The position numbers and the translations under genes are program-made. A stretch of 63,808 bases of DNA, filler included, from Bigelowiella natans CCMP2755 (taxonomy: Eukaryota > Protista > Cercozoa): NCBI GenBank assembly GCA_000320545.1. It is 5 parts of 5 records of this genome, joined end to end, with 100 filler letters (N's around TTAATTAATTAA, not from the genome) between each part and the next. Parts side by side here need not be neighbours in the genome. Positions count along the whole stretch, not along the records: positions 20,441 to 51,024 come from ADNK01002464.1; 4 more parts are not named here. One strand, 5' to 3'. Under the pieces are notes generated by a model. That model saw only the letters and a list, made by a program, of their open reading frames with translations, did no database searches and was not told the origin of the DNA. This document shows, in pieces, positions 26,452 through 39,300 of the stretch. Within the stretch, counting starts at the first letter, position 1. Each line of letters begins with the position of its first letter.

Positions 26452-28295
26452 TGCCCTACCACTTTCTTACATTACTTTACAATACTATGCAGCTCCGAAC
26501 ATATGTCAACGATGGTTTGGTCAACACAATGACTATCAATAACTTTTGGCCGAATTCAGCTGGGGCATAGTACGTTCAATATTTCACGAATAGATATAAT
26601 ATAAGCAAAGAAGAAGGAGAAGAATAAGAAGAAATCATCATTGCCGCTCTCTAATTCTACATTACCAAGTCGCTATGTCGCGTGTTGATCCGATACGTGA
26701 AGCATGTTGTGGGGGAGAGACCCATCATACATCGTTGTTTGAATTATGAAGTTCGTCATCGTAACTTTTCCCAGCTTCTATACTGGTAGTCCGTGGTATG
26801 GGCAGGCAACGGCGAAGGTAAATAGAATACCGAGCGCGCACACGGGTTCCGACCGTCTCACTTTGTATCAACGATGGATACACAGCGAGCCCCCGCTGCT
26901 GTGCCACGTATTTTTCTTTCTATTCAAAAATCATTTTTTCCGTGCAAAATCAGCTTCAAGATGCGGTCTATACCTGCATGGATAAGCCTGAATTGCTGTC
27001 CGGAACGCGGCGAACATGCCCAGGAGGTGATTTCTAATGCCAGAGCTGGATGATGCAGACAAATCTGTAGTAGGGCAGTCTCTTCTTAGTGTACGATGTA
27101 TCTATTTTGCCTGCAGCAGTACTGATCACATCTATCCTTCATATGACAAACGTGATGACTGGTATCTCTTTCAATATATTTTACAGGAACCTACAAATGT
27201 AGCAACCATAATGCTGCTCAAACTCGCTGTGAACAATATGTAAGGAAAGAAAACCAACACCATGCTTGTTCCTTCCACCTCTACCCCCCCCCCTCCCTTA
27301 CCCTCTCTTTTTCCTCGTCCTGACCATCTGTAAGAAAGCGATTATTTCTAGCTGTTAGCCGATGTCTGCGAATAATTTTTTTTTAAAAAATGAGCTGGAC
27401 ATAACCAACCGATTATATGTATAGGGAGAGACGCTATGCACCCTTGGAGAGATGTGGCAACGACAAGTGATGACCACCACACGATGACAACAACAAAAAT
27501 AAAAATAAAAAACAAATTGAATAAGAAGAGTGGAAAGATTACAAGCCAGAGAAAGGAGAGACCATGATTGATGATGAAATCACAGCTCACAGCGATTGTA
27601 CATGAAATCACTGGGCTTTTGCAGTTATTTTGATTTACTGCACTACGTGACAGCAGAGTTGTGATAACATGATATCTCTGCTCAGACATATGTTTTCCAA
27701 GAAATAAATAAGATGATCAGTATTGTTTTCTCCTCAGTTTTGCGCTTGTATGTTCGTCGCCGATGCCAGTACCTCCTAGTAATAATGCCTCCTCCTCCTC
27801 CTCCTCCTCCTCCTCCTCATCGTTGTTTCCTTTTTGCACCATCCATCAAAATACGGGAGAGTCAGTAAGAAAGATGATGTGCCCCCATTTGTTCTTTCCC
27901 CGGTTTGTTCTTATACCTTTGTTATATGTATACGAGTCAGTGAGAGCTTTTAAGTGACGTTACAGACGACGTGTCCTAAGTTTTTCATCACACTCAGTGA
28001 TTCACTCATTTCTGCCCATTGCCGTCGTTTTTCCAGTTATTACATGTTCATTGGACATAGCGGTTGCGCTGGCACTGGAAATAACCACAAGCTGAGCCAT
28101 TGGTTTGGCCTTGTTTTAAGTAGAAGATAAATATTTGAGACCTTGTGAGTATAGGAGAGATCATCTGGAGCTTCTAAACATTGCACGCAAAGCTAATATT
28201 ACACCAACAATACAGCGGCCGGACAAGCAACAGTGACGCTTACTGCTGCAAATACTGCACCCCCACAGGACGGTATCTGATATTATATATGTGGA

Positions 28296-28338
<43 letters not shown>

Positions 28339-29150
28339 TATTCATATTCACACGTGCTAGAGAGAACTCCTCCACCCCCCGTGGTGTGGACTTAGGATGC
28401 AGTATCTTGTTGATTCCAAAACACAGCCAGTACTCTTAACCTATTCCACACTATCATGCAGATATGACGTGAGAAACTCCGGAGGCAACGAAGGGTAAGA
28501 GAACATAATTGACTTGTAGCCGTAGTACACATCTCGCACAGTTCTTCGTCCTTTCTCCTTCGACGAACGACGCTGAATGCTTGGCGGCACTCGCGGTGCT
28601 TCTGTGAGAAAACAGCTTTGGTTGCAATGGTGTTGTTTGTCTGCGTCGTCGGAATGTAGGTGGTGGAAATGGATCAACACCTACAACGACTACTCAGCCA
28701 AAGGTAAAAGGAACAGAAAATGACATCGATGAGAGGAAAAATGAAGAGGCATCAGGGAAGAGAAAATGATACATTTTAGCCGCGGGGACAGCTCGGTTAT
28801 AATCATCCATATTCTCACGTCCGTGGAACAAGCTCCAACGATTTTGATTCTGTAGCTTCACTCTGTGTATGGTGTGTACTATGATCCTCTGTGGTGATAT
28901 ATTATAATACACGATTGTAGCCCGCCATGGCCAAAAACGCGGCACAGCCACGCTAAAGACCATTACAGGAGGAATTAATGGGTAATGGCGATGATAAAAA
29001 TGACGGCGTGAGATTGCGAGGAGATGATGATGACGATTGTTCCTGATGACCTAGTCAAAATGCTTATTATGTCACTGCAACAACCTCCCCTTCCCCCCCC
29101 CCTTCCCCTCCTCCCCCTCCTTCTCCCATCACCACCACCACCACCACCAT

Positions 29151-29186
<36 letters not shown>

Positions 29187-29444
29187 GACGACGTCTCATG
29201 TAAGCAACCATTCCTCTTTACCACAGCTGGGCGCTGAAACTAGATGGGTTGGGCGGTTCTAGTGGCTCGGTAAGTGGTGGTAGTTGTAGGATAATAGTAA
29301 TAGTAGCAGTGGTGGTGGGTGGTGGTGGTAGGAGAAGCAGTATTGCAAGAAATTGAGGAAGTTTCTTGATGCTACTGAGTCCTACCCTTCAATGCTCCCT
29401 GCGCGAAAAATGCTGGGACATGATGTCAAAAATACAAATACATG

Positions 29445-29492
<48 letters not shown>

Positions 29493-29776
29493 CGCATATA
29501 TGATTATCACGATGGGCATTCGTCACAACGATGATGGTAACAGCGACGACTTTTTATAAATGGCCCATGATATCACGAAGGCCTCCTCTCATATTTGCAA
29601 CGTGTGTGTGTGTGTGTGTGTGTGTGTTTCAGCGAGGTTGGGTGGACGTCTACGGGATAAATACTCGTGAAGAAGTGACGGTAAGCAAGAACTCACAGCT
29701 CCTTGACAACGACTTTAACACTGGCTCGTTAAACGCCTTCAGTGTGCTTCACCATTAAACGTGAAAATTACTCTGC

Positions 29777-29816
<40 letters not shown>

Positions 29817-29894
29817 TCTCCCCCTCCTATCGTAGGTCTGCGCTTGGACCAAGACGTATCATATCGGATGTAGGATGAGAATATACACGCAAAA

Positions 29895-29927
<33 letters not shown>

Positions 29928-29995
29928 CACACGCACCGCACAGACACTTGCACGTGCGCGAGACAGAGAAAACGTGAGAAAAAAGGAGGAGGTAG

Positions 29996-30044
<49 letters not shown>

Positions 30045-30699
30045 TCATGTGCTACCACCACAACTACTAATACTATCATACGATAATATCTTTCAGACTA
30101 CGGGGGCGTGTGGCAACTAATGAGCAAGTACAAGATGGCCATGATGCCTGCTCGTTATAATACGGACTATGATAATAACGACAAATTTAAAACATTAACG
30201 TTGAGGGAAGACGCAGGCCCTGCTTCTTCTTTCGATGAAAAGTGAGGTTGGATACATCTTCCTGATTATGATTCAATCTGCTCCTTTCTACAGATACAGC
30301 CAGTGGATCTTAGGAACAACGGGATGGAACACTGCGCAAGTACATAAATAATAGCACTTAACTGGAGTACACGTCTTTTTTCCTTTGTCATAAGAGAAAG
30401 AACAGCGAATAACGAATCCTATCAATGCAAAATACAGAAACAAAATGAGTCCTTAACCCGCTTTGTAATGTAAATCTCATCATGCGTGCGTGTTTGCGTG
30501 CGTTCTCTGACCTCGTTTGAATTCTTGATTTAGATGTGCTTCATTGTGGCGCGGGAGTCCAAGGGGTGGCAATATGGCAGCTGTGTTTCTGTACAATATC
30601 CAAACAAATGGTGAGGAGAGAAAGCGTTATGATGAACGATCACAATTATTGCCTTATATATTGTCACAGAATAACAATAATAATAACAATAATAATAAC

Positions 30700-30733
<34 letters not shown>

Positions 30734-31718
30734 TAACAAATAACCACTATGGTACAGGAATCATCTCTGTGGCAGCTACTCGACTTCTGATGGGGTATCA
30801 TTGAGAAACATGCAACACTGAGAATGAATGCGCGGAATTTCAATCTCGGCATCTCAAAATTCCAACGCCAAAATAGCATGTGTGTATGGGGATATATGTT
30901 CTTCAGTAGAGTAGCAAGAGTGCCGTCTAGACGTCGAGTGAGAGTTGTAGATATTTCAGCGCGCTCATCCTCTCACTCACCTCCATCCAAACAGTCCACG
31001 AAGATGTACATCAACGGGAGGCATATGAACACCGTCACCGACAACAGGTGCGGGACCCTGAAAATCAGCCCCATTCAAAATTATTTGTTATTTATCGCCC
31101 GCACATCAACTTGGAGATTTTGCACGGCCATCTGCTCCCATCCCCCGAGCCGCACACCGGAAGACGAATATTGACACATAAATGTGAATGATCAACAGGG
31201 GGTATCCGATGTACAGCGACAATGCCCGATTCTCTTTCGGTGAGACGAAAGCATTCTAATCGCAGTGAATTTGTTTCCGTGTTCTTCATGCTGCTGGGTG
31301 ACAACAGCTCACTTTGCTTCCCATATTCGCAGGCCAGCGCGAGTGCTGCAACCACGGTAAGGCCGAGCTCTTGGAGAAAGGAAAAACCAAATGAATGAAC
31401 AGTTGGAATTGCTTGTGTGCTTGTCAATGCTTCTGATATATCGATATGCTAATTACTGTTTACGCGTAATATTGAGCAGCGACGTTTCACGTGTGAATAT
31501 ATGTAATATCAACTTTGCTGTTGCGCGGACATACGCTTCTGAATTCTTCACCTGACGATGCTCTCTTACACAGGGAACATGAACGCATGGATTAGTGAAT
31601 CAGCGGTATGGAGTAGGGCTTTGAGTGGCAGTGAGGTACTTAAATGATGATGACGGAGGAATGGTGGCTGAATTGTGTCAAATCTTTCTTTGTTGTAGCG
31701 TACATACATGTATCAATA

Positions 31719-31775
<57 letters not shown>

Positions 31776-33409
31776 TTCTTTATGAAAAGTATCATATCAA
31801 TATATATCGCTACACCTATGTGTGTGTGTGTGTGTGTGGTGCGAAATTGTGACAAAATAAGAGTACAACTTCCTTCCACCATCATTACCATCATCATCAT
31901 CACTACCATCACCATCCGTTCAGATCTCCCAGTACTACGAGGCCTTCGATTGTCCCACTCCTTCCCCAACGAACGTGCCAACAAGGTAGCAATGTAGGCC
32001 ATCTTTGTGAGCGCTTTATCAAGATAAGACTACTACAACCCCTGCAAATCAGTGATAGTTTGCCATTTCGTTCTGTACATATATGAAGATATCCGAGTGG
32101 TTATCCTACACCGCTACCTACAAAGTACCCAACGAAGTTTCCTACGCATGTCCCAACGAAGTTCCCCACCCCTGTGCCTACCAAATTTCCAACGCCCATT
32201 CCGACTGGATATCCGACCAAATACCCGACGCCCTTCCCAACTTGCCAGCCTACCAAGTAACGCTCAATCCGTTGTTTTTTTTGTATTTGATTAAAGCTGC
32301 CACGTAGGCTAGATCACCATGCATGAGAGTTTTCTGAAGAAATGCCCCCATTCCCTTGCTCGCGAAGAGACGGGTGTCTCTGCTGCTGCTGCTGCTGCTG
32401 ATCGGCTGATACATGAATGTCGAATAATTCACAGATTTCCAACTCCAATCCCCACCAAGTACCCGACTCCCCAACCGTCCAAGTTCCCTACTCCGATTCC
32501 TACAAAGTTCCCTACAAATGTTCCTTCAAAGTTCCCTACGCCTGCGCCTACACCATTGCCAACGCGCTACCCCAGTAAATATCCAACGAAGGCCCCCACG
32601 CGCATTCCCACAAAGTAAGGAATGAGAGTGGGCGAGGACATCATAGACAGCCTTCGTTTTCAAACACGACTAAATGATTCGTTTGGTATTAGAAGTTCAT
32701 TATTTTTCCCACGTACTGATCTCCTCCTCCCCCTCCTCCTCCCCCCCCCTAACTCCTTGTCGTTGTCTTCGTCTTTGATTCAACAGGTACCCATCCTCGC
32801 AGCCTTCGCGGTACCCCTCTCCATATCCGTCTCCATACCCAACCCACCGTCCACAAACATCTTATCCGGTAGCGACGCCCGCCATGAAGATAAAGGGGAA
32901 CCTCATCATCAACGGGGACTTCGAATTCAATGATATGACCGGTGTGACGAACCAGTGGGGCTACAAGACGCCGACAGGATGGGTGGCGTCCGGCGGCGGC
33001 TCGATCATATATGTGATGCCGAATAGCAAGTATCCGGGACAACAGCAATCCTCGCTCTCTGGGAAGCAGGCGGCTGTTATAGAAGGAGCGCAGAAAACTC
33101 TCTGCCAGAACGTAGCTACGCAGCGCGGTGCGCGGTATAACATCAGTTTCATGTCACGGCGTCAGCAACAAGCCTCGGGAGAGAAACTAGGTGTTAAGAT
33201 TGATGGCGGGTGGCTTATCCCGTCGATGAGCCCGAATCGCGACTTTTGGACGTCTGTTTCAAAAACTTTCTCTGCGCAATCACCGTCAACGGAGGTGTGC
33301 TTCGTCAATACGGCAGCATCCGGTGCGACAGCGAGCGTCCATATTGACCGGGTGGCGCTTGTGAAGCTCCAAAGCGGTGAGAGAAGTTAGTTATAGAAAT
33401 GCCCCTCCT

Positions 33410-33458
<49 letters not shown>

Positions 33459-35209
33459 GACTATGTTGGGTCGTACTTATGTAACATTTGAGAGGGAGAG
33501 AGAGAACATTCTGTCTATTCATCTGTGTCTGAACTCCGTACGCCAGCATTCATCCGTTCACAGATATCAATCGGTCATCATGGATTACTTCTTCTACTAA
33601 ATGACAGGTTGGCTGGACAGCAGCAACATGCTCAGCGGGCAGGTCCGATCACCTGTGGCGGGCCAGATACTCGGCTACATCGACACTTTCCGGGAGTACC
33701 AGCTGAGTCTCGATGTGAAAGTCGTCGCAGCAGCAGGTTCCCAATTCGCCAACATCTTAATGATAAACGATCCTACCAGGACCTCCGAGATCGGCATGAG
33801 GCTGCCACTAGTCTCATTGCATCCGGGGACAACAAAACTGCACATCCGAGCCAGTACGACTGCGACCCAAACAGCCACTTGCAACCCGGGTACGTCTCTC
33901 CCGATCGGAAGTTGGCAGAACGTCAGAGTTGTGGTGACGCAGCCACGGGGGATGGAGGTTTATGTCGGAGGCTCGAAAGTATGCACACACGCGGCTCCTG
34001 CGCCGTTGTACCCTGGAAAGCAAGGGCTGGAAGTCTATTTTTCCAGGGGTGGTTCAACCGCTGCTAATGCCCAAGTGAGAAACTTGAAGTATGAGAGGGC
34101 AACTGCAGCACCGACGCCATACCCCACGCCCGGGGCGGTATCATATGCACTTGGGAGCAGCAACATGATGCGGTGTGTCTCGCCGCAGCCTGACTGCGGC
34201 GCTGAGTACATGGAATTCTGTGGACGTGAGTGCTCCAGCAACGCGCGCCGACTTATCTGCACGAAGAACTGCATCTACCGGTGCCTCTGGTGCCAGAATG
34301 ATCACAATCTTGCACATTGGCCGTACTCGAGCATGTACAAAACCGACTATCAACGCCAGCGAAACTATTACGTCATTTCGATCAGGGCAGGAGTGTGGCA
34401 TATACCTGCTCCAGGAAGTGGCGATACTTCATTTCGGTATCAGAGGGGGGGGGGGGGAGAGAGAGAAAAAGAGGCGGGGGGGGCGGGGGGGATCGAATTC
34501 GAATTTTGTTTTCGGTTTTTGGTTCCCTTTCATGTGAGTCATGCGTTATTAAGTCAGTTTTTGTCAAAAGTGCGATTGTTATAACACAGAATGTATATAT
34601 GTTCCATTGTGTAGGGTCAGCTCAAACTCATTGACGCGCACTGTAACCTTCCACCCTGGGCATGCGACATCTGGGTCGCGAGGAGCTCCTCGAATGACTC
34701 CTTACTTCAACAACCAAGATATGCCGTGGGTGCCTGAGACTGACAGGTTCCATCGCATAACCATCGTCATCCGCGCTTCGTTTGTGCACACGTACAAAAT
34801 CGAGAGTTCAGGGAGAGTCTGGGAGAAGGACTTCGAGGACGCGGCCTTTTACAGTGAAACCGTGGCGCCTGTCACTTCTACTACCGCAGGCACATTGTCG
34901 GCCGGCGTTCTCAATCAGTATATGAAAGCAAGCGGGGCGCATAGATTTTTCCTAGACAGCATAAGTGGTCCTGTGCACCCGGTAACGTACTTCAATCCGA
35001 AAATAGAAGAGCCTCAGACATGTGAAGGCTTTGTGAGGCACCTGTACCGCACGGTATTATGCCGCGCAGGGGATAGTGGCGGAATCACGTTTCATACAAA
35101 CAGTTGCACGAGCGGATCTAAGACGAAGTCGCAACTAAGAGATCACTTTCTCGCCAGCCCCGAATATCAGGGCTGCAAGAAATGCAAGACAAATTGTGTC
35201 GATCAGTAA
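25506..35209 (+). CDS. secreted mosaic protein: signal peptide, ConA-like domain, Link-like Cys module, LamG/pentraxin-like domain, PT-repeat stalk, DUF642/CBM-like domain, second ConA-like domain, Cys-rich C-terminus
   Basis: Signal [23 protein letters not shown]. Short exons [10 protein letters not shown]|[13 protein letters not shown]...[10 protein letters not shown]...FYTGSPWY; AQTRCEQY|[10 protein letters not shown]...DAYCC; VCAWTK...WNHLCGSYS...KMYING...ALSGSE. PTKYPT repeats at ~31950-32880. NLIINGDFE...VHIDRVAL at 32899-33365. In-phase joins at 33377/33609 and ~34436/34615 lead to the stop at 35209. Some 5' micro-exon joins are unresolved. Confidence 0.7.
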
Positions 35210-36077
35210 AGGAGCACGTCATCCGGAGCAACATTTTTTGGTTCGTTATCTTGTTGCCAGCATCGATCTGGTCATCATGACGAAAGCGGCTAGAGCGACG
35301 ACATGCATGTACAACACCAGGACGCTATTTATTTCACTTCTATTTTGTCGCATGTCTCCTCGACGTTTTTATTATTATTTGTTAGCCATGGGTGATGCCC
35401 AATTACAAATGTGCATGCATATCATGCGTGCAATAATTTAACAGGGACGCGTACGGAATATCTGCTAGCTGCATGCCACCAGCATGCCTCGCCTTGTATT
35501 ACTATAGTGCACATGCAATGTAATCTGCAGCTTGTGCTGCGATGTACAATGGATCCAAACATTGGCTAAGCTAATGTTAGTTTCGCTTGCATGTGCACAT
35601 GCGTGTACATCAAATTCAATATGTGTAGCATAACGCTGTAGCCGCGGCTTTGCGCAGCCATAATAGAATATATACATATTATGTAAGACAGATGTAATGA
35701 ATGATTATTTTTTTCAGTTGCCATCGTAATGTGCTCTTTCAGGCTAGATGTGCGACCAATAAGCGGTGATACGTGCTGCACGCATGCTAGCATGCTGGCA
35801 TCAGCATGTAGCATAGCACACAGCAAGGTCTTGCATTGTTATGTTTTCACTTAGACTAGGCTCTTTTGCTAGACTATACGCAATAAACACCGCATATACT
35901 GCAATATACGAATATACGCACGTGCTATGGACTAAAAAAAATATGTGCTATGCGTTGTACGTACTGCACATTATGTCAGTAGTTACAGCATGATTGTTTG
36001 CTGTTATTGAGAGAGTTGAATATTCTGAAAATCGGGACGGGGAATTGGTGCACATGTAGAGCAAGCCAACTATCACA

Positions 36078-37607
36078 TTAGATGTTGTCGTCGTCGTCGT
36101 CGTCGTCGTCGTCACTTAGATCCAGATCCAGATTGCCTTCATCGCCTAACTCGTCTGTGGGGTTGTGATTGTTATCTCTATAACTCTCATCATGGCCTGT
36201 CTTTTCATTCATGCTGTCTTGATGAGCCTCTTGGTGGATCACGTTTCCTGCTTTTGTCGTTGCTGCAGCTGTTGTTTTCTTTGCATCCGTCGGTGCGTTG
36301 AAGGTTTTTGCGGAAGCTGCTTTAGGTGACGACACGAGACTCTCATCTCCATAGCTGTCGTCGCCAAGACTCTCATCAAGACCACCTGGAGCAGCAGTTA
36401 CGGCGTTTTTTTTATCTTTCGCTCGGTCATCTTGCTTCTCCTGATTATCTTCTGTGGCTTTTGGCGGCTGCTGTTGGCTGGTATCTGAACCTCCGCCATC
36501 GTTCACACCCTTTTCGTTTGCATCATCCTTCTTGTCGTTGGCCACAGCTGTATTGGAAGGCTGGCGACCCGGCATCACGGGGAAGCTGGTTGCTGCTTCT
36601 CTCTCTTCTTCCTTCATGCTGGAGCGTCCTCCGTCTAATTTGCCTCCGTCGCTGCCCGTGCCTTTTGGTTGAACAGCTTCATCGCTAAAAGAAAACTTGC
36701 TGCTGCCAGGCCGTTGGGTACGCTGCTGCGGTGACATAAAACTCTCGTCAAAGTAGCTCTCATCAGCGTCAGTACCGTCCACTCTTGCTTTGGGGGTTAC
36801 TGAGGAGGACCCCGCTGCTTTGGGCGAGATAAGGCTATCGTCGCCATAACTGTCATCAAGGGTATGATGTTCATCAGGGGTCTGAGCAGCGATGCGCTTG
36901 TTTTTAGCTCTATCCTCGTTCCGATTTTGTTCCTTGCTGGCCAAAGCTGGTGGAGATGGCTTAGGCTGCTGTTGCTGCTGCTTTCCATCATCATCATGAG
37001 TCGCCCCTCTTTTGTCTTGGTTCACGTGGTTGGCAGCCTTTCTCTCCGAATTGGACGCAACAGCTTCCCCGTTCGATTCCCCATGGATCTTTGCATCGAC
37101 GTCGTTAAGAAGCTGATTAAGGTTCATTTCCGCGAGCAGCGACTCAAAGACCATCAGGTGCGTCTTGGCTCGGGCGCTCTTTAGCCCCTTGTTCTTCTGC
37201 TTGGACAACTCGTAGAGAGCTAGCGTATGTGAGCGGGAGCTTCGCGCGGATTTCGCGCCTTCTGAGGATTTGCCCATCCCTGATAGCGACCGCAGCAGGG
37301 GTATTAGTTGCACCGGTGTTATCTATTAATGTTTCGATACGTGTGCGTATGTGTGTGAACGCTATTTTGGTGCTGCTAGTGATTGTTTAGCTGGAGTCTT
37401 AACCTGAGCATATGCTTCGCAACTCAGCCTTCTCGCTGTCGCTAAGATTGAGGCCTGATTTCAGCATCTCCTTGGGATCTAAGTCGCCCTGGTAGATGCC
37501 CTTAGTTCCCTGCATTCGCACCTTTGTGCTTTTCGTTGGGCTAAAAGTCTTCGCTCTTGGCTGGCTTTTCGGTCTAACGAAATGGACAGAGCCGCTTATA
37601 TTACCAG

Positions 37608-37658
<51 letters not shown>

Positions 37659-37668
37659 TATGTGTGTT

Positions 37669-37709
<41 letters not shown>

Positions 37710-38555
37710 CTACAAATATGTACACGAATTTGCACAATTCTGCTCTTCTTATGTATAGTGTGTAATAGAGCTTCTGCGAATGCTAGCCAAACACCATTTA
37801 GCTACTAAAACACCGCTGATTTTGGTCATGTTTCAGGATTCAAGAAGACTCTGAAACGGGAGACAGATCATCGGTGATCTCGCACACAAACAAAATCTAA
37901 GATTTTCTTATGTTCTTGCTATGGCTATGCTTTTTCGCAGAGCAACATCGGCGCAAAATCCCGTTTGTCACTCCCACCTGTTGCTATGTATCAAGCTGAG
38001 ATACTCTGCAATCAGCGAATCGTCAAGTTTCTTGTTATTTTCCTGGAAAATATATGAAGACAACAAGATAGCGAAGAAACTGATTAATTTGAGAATGGAG
38101 GAAGGAGTAGGGGCAGTGATAATTGGACCGTGTAGAAGAAAGAAGAGAGAAAAGTTAAACGAAATCCAGGCATCAGTATCATCTGTGCGTACACATAAGA
38201 ACAAGCGAGAAGATACTACTTCAGCATACATAAAACAATACTTTCAATGGAAACACATTTAGTGATTGTGACAATCTTTTCTCCCTGTTATTTCGGGTTT
38301 AAGAGTTAATTGATTTTCCTACGTCTCAGTATCTCAGCGTGGTGATGTTATTACAGTTACAGCATTCTCTGCTCGCACCTGCTTCCATGGCGACGTGAGA
38401 GCGATGTTGAGCTTGCTCATTTTACGGTCCGACTTGGGTGTAAGCACAATGTCAAACTTCCTTGGTGTAAAGCTGCCATTGCCGTCAGTTGCGAATCGAG
38501 GAGAATATTTGCCTTATAAATGAAAATCAATATTTATGCCACGATCATGTTCGCT

Positions 38556-38590
<35 letters not shown>

Positions 38591-39261
38591 TATTTCCTCT
38601 CCATCGTGGTGATTATTGCCAGGATGATCGTACACATCATCGTGGTCATTGTCTTGTTTTCGATGGCATCGTTATCTGTCATTTTGAGTCGTCAACATGC
38701 TCGCAACCATCACTATCCTCACTTGATTTCACGATGAGCTTTTTGAGATTCCTTCCGGTGCTTTTGTTTCGAGCCGTCTTGTCTTTTCCTTTGGCGGTCA
38801 TGGGCGTTGCTTCTTTGTGGAGCTGTGTGCTCTTATTCTTCGGCTCTAGATCTTTCACAGACTGAGAAGCTTCTTCGGATGGAGATTTCTGCGTTCTCGT
38901 GTGGACATGTAAAGCTTGGGCGGAGTTAAGCTGCACAGAAGCGTGGGAATAGGCGACGTCGCTCTTGCCTGAGAGGAAATAACAGTCAGAGCTCACGAGC
39001 AGCTGAAACACCACGTTAAAGAACACATCGGCAGTGTATGAGAACGCGAAATGTGAAACTACCTGCTTCTTGGGTTTTATGATGCTTCTGCTGTTTCTGA
39101 TGATGCTTCTTAGTGTTATGAGGATCGATCTTGCTGTCAAGGTGGCGGCCAAGCTCTTTTGGGGGGAAGACTTCTGACATCTGCAGTTGTGAAGGTAGGA
39201 AAAAGAAAAAAGAAGGGGTGGATCTTGTTGTAAAAGAAAGAGAGTGGGGGGGGGGGGGGAG

Positions 39262-39300
<39 letters not shown>

